This document shows positions 20,408 through 29,313 of a stretch of DNA of 44,834 nt, piece by piece. Each line of letters starts with the position of its first letter. Position 1 is the first letter of the stretch. The translations under genes were made by a program, and so were the position numbers. The DNA is taken from sequence record DRR723986_1726; one strand, written 5' to 3'. The notes beneath the pieces were generated by a model. The model ran no database searches, had not been told where the DNA came from, and worked only from the letters and a program-made list of their open reading frames with translations.

Positions 20408-20998
20408 TTACTTTGATGGATATTTTTGATGGTTGTTCTCAGGAGTTTTAGTTTGTTCTTCGGACAAAACAAACTCACCCAAGCTTTTAACCGCTGACTG
20501 CAAGGGACTTAAGTCATCACTTTTTCCGCCCACCAAATCATCAAGACGCTTTTGGTGCGCAGGATCAAGGGGCTTTTTCTCCAATGCCGCTGTCGATTTT
20601 ACAATAGGCAGAGGGCCATGACGAACCTCCAACCGGTTCACCGCCGCATAACCAAGATACCGATTAACTAGCTCAAGAATGACGCCTGAACGTTGTTGCA
20701 ACACCGGAGCAAAGGCAGATTCTGCGCGAACATGCAATGTAGCTCCTCGCCTCTCGCCGCGCGGGAATGCAAGCCTAACCGGCACCGTAGACCGCGCTAA
20801 CTCCGCGCCGACAATACGACCCCAGCGGGTTACAATTTCTGCTTCGGCAAAACCTTTGGCGCGCACAGCCTTAGACACCAAGGCAGACGATGTCCGCGAT
20901 AATTTCGCAACACCACCACGTCTGCGCGCAGGTTTGGCGTTGTTCGCGGGCCTAACCCGCGAAGATCTAGGTTTTGCAGATGGTTGTTTCGTGACCAT
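20408..20998 (-). CDS. DUF721 / DciA family protein
   Basis: GFAEAEIVTRWGRIVG...P...ATLHV...VNRYLGYAAV; usual position between dsbA-smc and mutY. Confidence 0.85.
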   Translation of the reverse strand: MVTKQPSAKPRSSRVRPANNAKPARRRGGVAKLSRTSSALVSKAVRAKGFAEAEIVTRWGRIVGAELARSTVPVRLAFPRGERRGATLHVRAESAFAPVLQQRSGVILELVNRYLGYAAVNRLEVRHGPLPIVKSTAALEKKPLDPAHQKRLDDLVGGKSDDLSPLQSAVKSLGEFVLSEEQTKTPENNHQKYPSK

Positions 20999-21251
20999 TC
21001 AGTCAACTCTCCTGCCGCTTAAAGCGACAAACTTTGCTATCAGGTGCGGTAATCAACGGCAAGTATATTTCCCGCTAATCAAACGCTTGTGATAGCAGTG
21101 ACACTTTAGATTAGTTAAAAGGATTCAAATTCCTATTTCATGAGTTTGTCAGAAATATTATGCTTTCCAAAGCCACTTTGCCAACAGCGGCGTATATAAA
21201 ATCAGCCTGACAACAAAAAGCTTAACCAAACGATAGAACAAGGGCATCAGC

Positions 21252-22304
21252 GTGACGAACACCAAACATAATGTTTCCAAAGATTTGCTTGGTTGGTACG
21301 ACCGCGAACACCGCAAGTTGCCCTGGCGGGCAGAACCCAAACAGTTGGCAAACCCCTATCATGTTTGGCTTTCTGAAATTATGTTGCAGCAAACAACGGT
21401 TGCTACCGTTAAGTCTTATTTCGCCAAATTTCTAAAGCTTTGGCCGACAATTGATGCATTGGCACAAGCCCCTCAGGACCAAATCCTGAAAGAATGGGCT
21501 GGTTTGGGCTATTACGCCCGGGCGAGAAATTTGCACAAATGCGCCGGGGTTATCGTCACCGAGCATAATGGCAATTTCCCTGAAACCGAAGACGGCCTCC
21601 GCGCCCTGCCGGGTATAGGTGACTATACAGCTGCGGCTATTGCAGCAATTGCGTTTGGCGTTCCCGCAACTGTTGTTGACGGCAATATTGAGCGGGTCGT
21701 CTCGCGGCTGTTCCGCATTGGCGAGATGCTGCCCAAGGCTAAAAAGCCGATTAAAGCCGCAACCACAACCATCACCCCAAAAAAGCGTGCTGGCGATTTT
21801 GCCCAAGCCATGATGGACCTTGGGGCGCGAATTTGCACACCGCGGGCACCAAAATGCCTCTTATGCCCTATTGCAGCGCATTGCGCCGCCACCAAAGCTG
21901 GTGACATGGAAACTTACCCTGTGAAACAGCCCAAAAAGGTCAAACCAACCCGGCGCGCAGTTAGCTTTTGGCTGACGCATGACGATCATATTCTTTTGGA
22001 ACGCCGACCCGACAAAGGTTTGCTTGGGGGAATGCCCGGCTTATTTTCAACGCCGTGGCAAGAGCGTGCAGAATTCCCGTCCAGCGAAGAATGGGCAGCT
22101 GCTGCACCGCATGAATGTGACTGGACCTTGGGAGAGGCCATCGCCAAGCACACATTTACCCATTTTCACCTTGAAAGTCGCCTGGCAGTTGCCAAAGCGC
22201 CTGCCCGTCTGAACATAGAAAATGGTTTTTGGGTGCCTGCGGCAGACATTTCTGAAATTGGCCTGCCTACTGCTTTTGCTAAAATTGCATCGCTTTTGGA
22301 CTAA
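21252..22304 (+). CDS. mutY: A/G-specific adenine glycosylase
   Basis: VWLSEIMLQQT, GLGYYARARN, HhH LPGIGDYTA, VDGNIER, CTPRAPKCLLCPIAAHC, HTFTHF. Confidence 0.96.
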   Translation: MTNTKHNVSKDLLGWYDREHRKLPWRAEPKQLANPYHVWLSEIMLQQTTVATVKSYFAKFLKLWPTIDALAQAPQDQILKEWAGLGYYARARNLHKCAGVIVTEHNGNFPETEDGLRALPGIGDYTAAAIAAIAFGVPATVVDGNIERVVSRLFRIGEMLPKAKKPIKAATTTITPKKRAGDFAQAMMDLGARICTPRAPKCLLCPIAAHCAATKAGDMETYPVKQPKKVKPTRRAVSFWLTHDDHILLERRPDKGLLGGMPGLFSTPWQERAEFPSSEEWAAAAPHECDWTLGEAIAKHTFTHFHLESRLAVAKAPARLNIENGFWVPAADISEIGLPTAFAKIASLLD

Positions 22305-22423
22305 TTCAAACTGTTCCAAGCGGCAGTAATCAGGAGTTTGTGTTTGCAACAGCGGGCATACCTGGCTGTATATGCCTTTAAACTCAATGCGCCTCTCCTC
22401 TTATCGGCCATAATTATTATTAC

Positions 22424-22472
22424 TGTACGAAAACGAACAATTGCCCATTCGTTTAGTGTACGATAATGGACA
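22424..22472 (+). promoter_or_regulatory. Two TGT-N10-ACA enhancer (bEBP) sites
   Basis: TGTACGAAAACGAACA (22424-22439) and TGTACGATAATGGACA (22457-22472), 33 bp apart. Confidence 0.65.
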
Positions 22473-22544
22473 CACCTCAAAGCTTCATTAACACAAAAAA
22501 CCTTAAACTATTGTTTTATATTGAGAAAAATATGACGACGAATC

Positions 22545-22560
22545 TGGCCCAAGCTTTGCT
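22545..22560 (+). promoter_or_regulatory. Sigma54 (-24/-12) promoter
   Basis: TGGCCC-AAGCT-TTGCT fits TGGCAC-N5-TTGCW with exact spacing; IHF-like site at about 22504-22516. Confidence 0.7.
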
Positions 22561-22606
22561 GATATTAGGGTGACAGCAAAGCCCGACACGATACAACGAG
22601 GATAAA

Positions 22607-22741
22607 ATGTTTAAAAAATATATAAAGCTCACCTTTCAAACCTTAGTGCGCAACCGGCTTCATAGCTATGCCAATATCGCAGGTGTGAGCATGGGTTTAT
22701 ATAGCCGTGATCAGTTCGGCGCAGCCCATAAACAAACCTAA
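22607..22741 (+). CDS. 44-aa small ORF resembling the N-terminus of MacB/FtsX-type ABC permeases (small protein or remnant)
   Basis: GAGGA SD, then MFKKYIKLTFQTLVRNRLHSYANIAGVSMGLYSRDQFGAAHKQT*; below the ORF-track cutoff. Confidence 0.5.
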   Translation: MFKKYIKLTFQTLVRNRLHSYANIAGVSMGLYSRDQFGAAHKQT

Positions 22742-22789
22742 CCACAATGGCGGAAAGGCGGCTCGCAACGTCTGTTTTCCGTAACACTT

Positions 22790-22827
22790 GGCCAGAGGGT
22801 GATTAATTCACTCACTGGCCTTTTTTT
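22790..22827 (+). terminator. Rho-independent terminator
   Basis: GGCCAGAGGGTGA-TTAAT-TCACTCACTGGCC followed by T7. Confidence 0.8.
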
Positions 22828-22864
22828 ATGCCGCTAATTATCAATTATTTTGAATGTCTCATGC

Positions 22865-23188
22865 CTAACCCTGCACTTCAAAATGCTCGGCGTGGCTGTC
22901 CCAGCGCTTCAAATATTTCTGCGCTGCTTCCGGTACATGGGCTTCGGCATAGTTTTCGCCCTGAAATTTAATGATTGTTTCCAAACTATCAAACGTCATG
23001 ATGGTGACAAACTCAACTTCTGCATTGCCCGTCCAATCTTGGGTGGGAACTTTCCGGAGAAGTTCCAGACCGCCGTACCCCGCAATCTGTCGTTCGGCAA
23101 TGCCGGGTTCAACAATTTCGCGCACAATTTTCTGGTAACTACCTGCATTCTCAGGGGTTGTCCATCCATGCCATATACGCTTTATCAT
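22865..23188 (-). CDS. Antibiotic biosynthesis monooxygenase-like (dimeric alpha-beta barrel) protein
   Basis: MIKRIWHGWTTPENA...EVEFVTIMTFDSLE...AHVPEAA...AEHFEV; start at ATG 23188. Confidence 0.8.
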   Translation of the reverse strand: MIKRIWHGWTTPENAGSYQKIVREIVEPGIAERQIAGYGGLELLRKVPTQDWTGNAEVEFVTIMTFDSLETIIKFQGENYAEAHVPEAAQKYLKRWDSHAEHFEVQG

Positions 23189-23308
23189 AAACCCACCCAT
23201 AAGTTGTTACGCAGTTTAAAGAGCAACACTGCCTTCATTCAAGTTGAAGACACCTTTAAAGAAACCAAATTCTTTCGCCGTCGATGGTTCTGATACAAGT
23301 TGGCCAGT

Positions 23309-24061
23309 CTACCTGTAGAAAAAGCGTTTTGCGCCGCGAATATCGAACGGTTTCCAGTCATTTTCTGGCTGTGCCAACCGGTCAGCAATGGCGTACATCA
23401 CCAACGGGTTAACACCCAAGCCCAAGTGGCTGGCAGGCACTTCGATGTTTTCGGTTTGTTTGCCCTTTTTTTGTACTGACCGACGCCACGGGACAATGGA
23501 ATCAGTTTTGGAATAGATCGACGTTGTAGGTACTGGTGGTGCTTCACCCAACGAGCTATAACGTGCTCGTTCCGTGTCGGTTGGTTCACCGTTCACAGAC
23601 TTGAAAGCCTGATGAACCGGATCACGTACTATTTCACCCGAAATAGGACTGCCTAGTGAGATAACTTGGCGGACACATTCGGGGTGTACTTTAGCAATCT
23701 CGCGTGCGAACACGCCGCCAAGGCTCCAGCCAACAATTGAAACTCTGCGATTGTGGGCGGCGCTGAATTCTCGCAACAAGGCCTGCATGTCTGCCTCGCG
23801 TTCCTCGTTCACAAGAAGATTGCGCCCCAAGTCCCAACCAGAGGATTTGTAACCCAGATCATCAAACAAACGCCGCATGGGGCGGGTGGAAAAGTCACTT
23901 GCCATAAAACCAGGCAAGAACAAAACCGGATGGCCATCCCCCTTCGGAAAGGACCGCATCAACAATCGCATGGAGTAAAAGGCATTTAATTCAAAAACGG
24001 CTCTGCTTTCGCTGATCATGGCTGCCATAAGGCGAATATTCATTGCGTGACTTGGTCTCAT
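23309..24061 (-). CDS. Esterase/lipase family alpha/beta hydrolase
   Basis: GDGHPVLFLPGF, GWSLGG nucleophile elbow, LGSP, YSKTDSIVPW, SHLGLG. Confidence 0.88.
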   Translation of the reverse strand: MRPSHAMNIRLMAAMISESRAVFELNAFYSMRLLMRSFPKGDGHPVLFLPGFMASDFSTRPMRRLFDDLGYKSSGWDLGRNLLVNEEREADMQALLREFSAAHNRRVSIVGWSLGGVFAREIAKVHPECVRQVISLGSPISGEIVRDPVHQAFKSVNGEPTDTERARYSSLGEAPPVPTTSIYSKTDSIVPWRRSVQKKGKQTENIEVPASHLGLGVNPLVMYAIADRLAQPENDWKPFDIRGAKRFFYR

Positions 24062-24307
24062 TGGTGTCTCTCCTAATACTCCTCAACATAGAACGATTTT
24101 GATGAAAAGGAAGAAATCCACGCTGACAACAGCTTTGGGCCACAGGAAAAGCGACTAATTAATGAATACAGCCGCGGTTTTTCGCTCAGGCGGATACATA
24201 AGAAACGCCCCTCTTGGACCCATGACTGAGGCAAGAGAGGCGTAAACGGAGCATGCAACCACTTAAAAGCGATTGCGGCTCTGGGAATTTGTTACGGCTA
24301 CAGGCAG

Positions 24308-25522
<1,215 letters not shown>

Positions 25523-25553
25523 TTATTCGTGTTTTCCGGTGCGAATATGGGCT

Positions 25554-25591
25554 GAATCATGAGTCGAAATCGAATCGACGTCAAGTGATTC
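25554..25591. promoter_or_regulatory. Cluster of four GANTC sites in the ccrM upstream region
   Basis: GAATC 25554, GAGTC 25561, GAATC 25572, GATTC 25587. Confidence 0.75.
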
Positions 25592-25617
25592 TTTAATATA
25601 AATCAATATGTTGTAAG

Positions 25618-26295
25618 TTATTCTTTATCTAAAATATTGCGAATCGGTGCAAAACTACGTCGATGATGTGGACTGACCCCCACAAGCCCTAGTGCCAACC
25701 GATGTTTTTCAACACCATATCCTGCGTTTTGCGCCCAACCATACTCAGGGTACTCTTCGCCCAATTTCGCCATCAATTGATCACGAAAAACTTTTGCAAT
25801 AATGCTGGCAGCAGCAATCGAAAGCGACCTTCCATCACCTTTTATGAGCGTTCGAGTTGGCAAATAACCCAAATCAGGGTCGCGATTTCCGTCGACTAAT
25901 GCGCCCTCGGCAGGGAGTGACAAACCGGCCACTGCCCTTCGCATTGCCAGCATTGATGCTTGCAAAATATTGATTTCATCAATTTCCTCAACGGAAGCTT
26001 CTGCAATGCTCACTGACAAGGCTGTCGACTGAATGGCCTCAAACAAAGCCGCGCGTTTGTTCGCAGTCAGCTTTTTACTGTCATTCAACCCCTCCGGGAC
26101 ATTGGCAGGATTTAAGATAACTGCTGCTGCAACCACTGGCCCCGCAAGTGGCCCGCGGCCAACTTCATCAACGCCGCAAATTAGAGGATACGATGCCGGC
26201 AAAAAAGGCTTACCAAGGTCCCTGCCCATGGTTTGTTCAGCGCTAAAATCTGGGCCGCTGGGTAATGTTGCATTCACTGCATCGAATAGGTCCAA
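25618..26295 (-). CDS. rnhB: Ribonuclease HII
   Basis: GVDEVGRGPLAGPV, DSKKL, VDGN, KGDGRSLSIAAASIIAKVFRD, HHRRSF. Confidence 0.96.
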   Translation of the reverse strand: MDLFDAVNATLPSGPDFSAEQTMGRDLGKPFLPASYPLICGVDEVGRGPLAGPVVAAAVILNPANVPEGLNDSKKLTANKRAALFEAIQSTALSVSIAEASVEEIDEINILQASMLAMRRAVAGLSLPAEGALVDGNRDPDLGYLPTRTLIKGDGRSLSIAAASIIAKVFRDQLMAKLGEEYPEYGWAQNAGYGVEKHRLALGLVGVSPHHRRSFAPIRNILDKE

Positions 26296-26401
26296 CGGCT
26301 ATTCCCCTCAAATAGTTATTCTGCCCGTGTCATTGCGCCAGAAAACCGCTATAACGGCAAGCGCTAATCTGCTTTTTGCCTCGTAAATACAATCAGGGCC
26401 T

Positions 26402-27391
26402 ATGTCTGAAGCCGTAAAAACAACACTGATGAAAAAACTAATGCCAACGCTTAATGCACATGATGCAGAAGCGAATTGGCATATTACTGGCCCTGTTTTT
26501 CGCGCACGAAAATGCGATATATATAAGGTTACCGGAGCCAACCAACAATTCGCAGTAAAAGTTTACAAAGCCGGTGTAACCTCAAAAGCGACGCCCAAAA
26601 TACAATATGAAGCTTTGCAGCGCTGCAATCACGCAGCCAAACGTACCCCCCTAATTCGTGCGCCCATTGCTTTGGCTTTTATACCCGATCAAAACGCAAT
26701 TTTAATGACATGGCATGATACACCCACTTTGCGCACGGCTCTTTGGCGCAACGTAGCAGCGCCAAAGCAACGCTTGACGATTGTCAGCCAGTCAGCTGCT
26801 TGGCTTCGGGCGTTCCACAGCTTATCTGAAAACATTCAGAAACCGCTTGATGGCAGTAAACTGTCTGTAAAGCTGGAAACCCAAATCAAGAAAAAACCTG
26901 AAGCACAAGCCCTGTTGAAAAATTCTACTCAATTCCAGCACGCCTTGTCTTGCTTTCATAATGCTGTCGCCAAATGTAGTGAAACCACTCCTCACGCGCT
27001 CTTGCACGGAGATTTCACCCCTTCAAACCTGCTGGCTGACGGCGAAAACATTGTCGGAATGGATATGTGGGGCGCGCGGCATGCACCCGTTTATGAAGAT
27101 ATTACCCGCATGCTGGCCTATCTAGGCGTTGTCTCGCCCTATTGCCTGTACAATGCACCCCTTGCCCCCGATGGGCCACTCCTAAAAACATTCATGCGCG
27201 GATACGGCACCAAGCGCACTGACATCGAATCGAGAGCTTTCACCATAACCCTTTTATACCAACAACTGCGTCGTTGGCTTGTCTATGCTGACAAGAAAGC
27301 CAAACAACCTCACTCACTTGCCGCCAGATGGCAGGAGCGCAAAAGCCGACACTTATGCATGCAAACAAATACCTGGCTTGATAAATGTTAA
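26402..27391 (+). CDS. Aminoglycoside phosphotransferase / kinase-like fold protein
   Basis: FAVKVY (ATP Lys) and LLHGDFTPSNLL (Brenner motif); DMW in the DFG position. Confidence 0.75.
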   Translation: MSEAVKTTLMKKLMPTLNAHDAEANWHITGPVFRARKCDIYKVTGANQQFAVKVYKAGVTSKATPKIQYEALQRCNHAAKRTPLIRAPIALAFIPDQNAILMTWHDTPTLRTALWRNVAAPKQRLTIVSQSAAWLRAFHSLSENIQKPLDGSKLSVKLETQIKKKPEAQALLKNSTQFQHALSCFHNAVAKCSETTPHALLHGDFTPSNLLADGENIVGMDMWGARHAPVYEDITRMLAYLGVVSPYCLYNAPLAPDGPLLKTFMRGYGTKRTDIESRAFTITLLYQQLRRWLVYADKKAKQPHSLAARWQERKSRHLCMQTNTWLDKC

Positions 27392-27403
27392 TCACCCTCT
27401 GAT

Positions 27404-27435
27404 AAAAAGGCATCCTTAGGGGAAAGGATGCCTTT
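27404..27435 (-). terminator. Rho-independent terminator hairpin (may also stop the convergent kinase gene)
   Basis: 12-bp stem AAAGGCATCCTT/AAGGATGCCTTT; the minus strand ends in U5. Confidence 0.75.
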
Positions 27436-27658
27436 AAGACGGGGTTTTATCCTTGGGAGGGAAATAACACCTGTCGGGGTCGGGTATTAGGGGAATACCC
27501 TCGGGGTAGATTACTATGGCCGGACCCATGTGGGCACTAGGGGCTAGGGTCAGGGGTGTGATCCGCACTTGGGCCCGGCCAGAATCCGCAATCGTGTCAG
27601 GGCTATAAGATCATAAGCAGGAGCTTAAGGACGACTGCAGACCCAAACTTGGAAACTA

Positions 27659-27799
27659 CTAAGCCGCTATACCCAACCGCGATGAGCGGTCATAGCGCCT
27701 GCGATGCCGACGTGTGCGGGCACTTGAATGGTTCACGTGCGCTTTCGTGGCTGGCAGGCCCCTAGGCGGAGCTACGGCGTCAATTAAACTGGTAAACAT
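27659..27799 (-). CDS. 46-aa Arg-rich small ORF
   Basis: GAGGA SD, then MFTSLIDAVAPPRGLPATKAHVNHSSARTRRHRRRYDRSSRLGIAA, followed by TAG TAG. Confidence 0.4.
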   Translation of the reverse strand: MFTSLIDAVAPPRGLPATKAHVNHSSARTRRHRRRYDRSSRLGIAA

Positions 27800-27934
27800 G
27801 TCTTTTATCCTCGCTTTAGTTCGGGATTTCGGCGGCGACTTTAATGTCGCTTTGTCCGATAAACCCAGTGCTGTCGTTGTCGTGTCGCATTGTAGCTGCG
27901 CCTGTTTTCAGGCTTGTCTTGTTGCTACACTGTT

Positions 27935-27963
27935 AATTTAGGGATGGTGGCCAATAAGTTCAA
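27935..27963 (-). promoter_or_regulatory. Sigma70-like promoter TTGAAC-N17-TAAATT
   Basis: Minus strand TTGAAC ttattggccaccatccc TAAATT, pointing into the structured region. Confidence 0.55.
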
Positions 27964-28061
27964 TAGCACCTACCTCATTTTGCGCACGCTTCACCGCAAA
28001 CAACCGATAATTATGACAATCACACCGGCGAGCGGGCGGGCCTAATCGGCTTAGCCGTGGC

Positions 28062-28541
28062 CTATTCAGGCGCCAAGATAGAAAAATCACGTGTTTTTCC
28101 GGTCTCGCAAAGCGATTTCAAGCCCGCAATGACATATGGCCAACCGACAGAGACCATACGATATGTCGCACTCTCAGGACTGGTGAATTCATCATGCTTT
28201 ACTGTCAGTTTTGTTGCCCCGCTTGCGTCTTCAAGCAGAAACAAAACCCTTGAGTGCGGCTCTGGAGCACAAGTTGGATTAAGCGGAAAATGCCATGAAT
28301 AACACAGGCGCTCTGGTTCTATGCATTCCAGCACTTTACCCTCACACCCCACAAGGTTTCCTTGTTCGGTTGAAACCCAAAACTCTACCGCACTCCCCAC
28401 CTTCCAATTAGAGCGCACTTCCGCACCATGCCAATATTGCTTGGTAAATGAACCGCTTGTCAGTGCCCGCCACACTTTCTCGCGCGGCGCGTCGATTAGC
28501 GACACATATGTATATTCTGGGGTTTTTTCTGCTTTTATCAT
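28062..28541 (-). CDS. SRPBCC (AHA1/START-like) domain protein
   Basis: IDAPREKVWRALT...GKVLECIEPERLCYSW...GWPYVIAGLKSLCETG. Confidence 0.9.
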   Translation of the reverse strand: MIKAEKTPEYTYVSLIDAPREKVWRALTSGSFTKQYWHGAEVRSNWKVGSAVEFWVSTEQGNLVGCEGKVLECIEPERLCYSWHFPLNPTCAPEPHSRVLFLLEDASGATKLTVKHDEFTSPESATYRMVSVGWPYVIAGLKSLCETGKTRDFSILAPE

Positions 28542-28554
28542 ATCACGTCCTTAC

Positions 28555-28872
28555 TTAGTCTGAAGAACTGGCTTCCAGAGCCTGCTTGAGGTTAAGGATG
28601 GCCTCAACCCTTCCCTCTGAGTATTTATCAACCCAACGTCGGGTGATTTCCTGAATTGGCACCGGGTTGAGAAAATGCTTTTTTTCCCGCCCCTGCCATT
28701 GGGTCACGACAAGGCCCGCGGCTTCAAGAATAACCACATGTTTGCTGGCCGACTGTCTCCGCATATCAGAGCCAGCGATCAACTCACTCAATGTCAAACC
28801 AGGCTTATCAAGAAGCTTGTCCAGCATCTCTCTCCGGGTCGCGTCGGCCAGAGCCTTAAAAACCAAGTCCAT
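28555..28872 (-). CDS. ArsR/SmtB family transcriptional regulator
   Basis: VFKALADATRR...SKHVVILEAAGLV...GREKKHFLNPVPI. Confidence 0.92.
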   Translation of the reverse strand: MDLVFKALADATRREMLDKLLDKPGLTLSELIAGSDMRRQSASKHVVILEAAGLVVTQWQGREKKHFLNPVPIQEITRRWVDKYSEGRVEAILNLKQALEASSSD

Positions 28873-28897
28873 CCAGTTTTCTTTTCGTTATTCAATA

Positions 28898-28948
28898 ATG
28901 CAGCTTTTTAGCTGCTTATTTATATGCAGCCTTTTAACTGCCTGTCAA
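28898..28948 (-). promoter_or_regulatory. ArsR-gene promoter with two palindromic operators
   Basis: ATGCAGCTTTTTAGCTGC (28898-28915) and ATGCAGCCTTTTAACTGC (28924-28941); perfect TTGACA at 28943-28948 and TATAAA -10 on the minus strand. Confidence 0.7.
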
Positions 28949-29241
28949 GGCAAAACAAAAGGGGCCAAAGAGCCCCTCCGTATATACGCGCCGCCATTCT
29001 CACAGTTGGATTTTAGAAGCTCGTAAATTTCATCCTTCAGGCGCATTCGGCTTTTACGCATATCCTCTTCAGCAAACTGTGACACATGCTCGTCGCCAAT
29101 CTCAATTCGGTGAATTTCGCGATTAAGAACATGATATTGCTCTGATATCCGCCTGAAATGGGCATCAGTTTCCTTCAATTCGTGAATACGCTCTTCAAAC
29201 TCTGGGAAGTCTTCTCGCAGCTCGTGCGGCACATGACTCAT
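28945..29241 (-). CDS. YdcH / DUF465 family protein
   Basis: MSHVPHELREDFPE...DAHFRRISEQYHVLNREIHRIE...RMRLKDEI. Confidence 0.85.
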   Translation of the reverse strand: MSHVPHELREDFPEFEERIHELKETDAHFRRISEQYHVLNREIHRIEIGDEHVSQFAEEDMRKSRMRLKDEIYELLKSNCENGGAYIRRGSLAPFVLP

Positions 29242-29299
29242 AAATTTTCTCCTGATTGCAACTTGACAATCAGGCTAGATCAGAAGCCCGGCAGATTAT

Positions 29300-29313
29300 T
29301 TGATCTTGGTCAA
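29300..29313. promoter_or_regulatory. FNR/FixK-like box upstream of the YdcH gene
   Basis: TTGAT-CTTG-GTCAA versus the consensus TTGAT-N4-ATCAA (one mismatch). Confidence 0.55.

Larger units (their letters stand above)
27404..27930 (-). ncRNA. Predicted long structured RNA (possibly dual-function) with repeated C-rich loops
   Basis: Own promoter and terminator, consecutive hairpins, seven CCCC tracts plus CCCUCCC in the 3' part; family not recognised. Confidence 0.55.

Noticed and set aside
22850-23293. 147-aa plus-strand ORF
   Set aside because: Antisense to the recognisable ABM-like gene; TTG start and no motif.
24073-24258. 61-aa minus-strand ORF between the hydrolase and ccrM
   Set aside because: TTG start, no SD, no recognisable features; probably promoter/UTR sequence.
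27419-27556. G-quadruplex or CRISPR/REP array
   Set aside because: The G-runs sit in loops of Watson-Crick hairpins with differing stems, and there is no constant repeat-spacer periodicity. A DNA G4 cannot be strictly excluded.
27404-27930. tmRNA, RNase P RNA, 6S or SRP identity for the structured region
   Set aside because: The ORF ends in AA like an ssrA tag but has its own SD and ATG. No tRNA-like T-arm/CCA, no RNase P GAGGAAAGTCC core and no SRP TCAGG-N-GGAAG-N-AGCAG motif were found by eye.
27714-27941. 75-aa plus-strand ORF in the track
   Set aside because: GTG start without an SD, and it runs against the promoter/terminator polarity.
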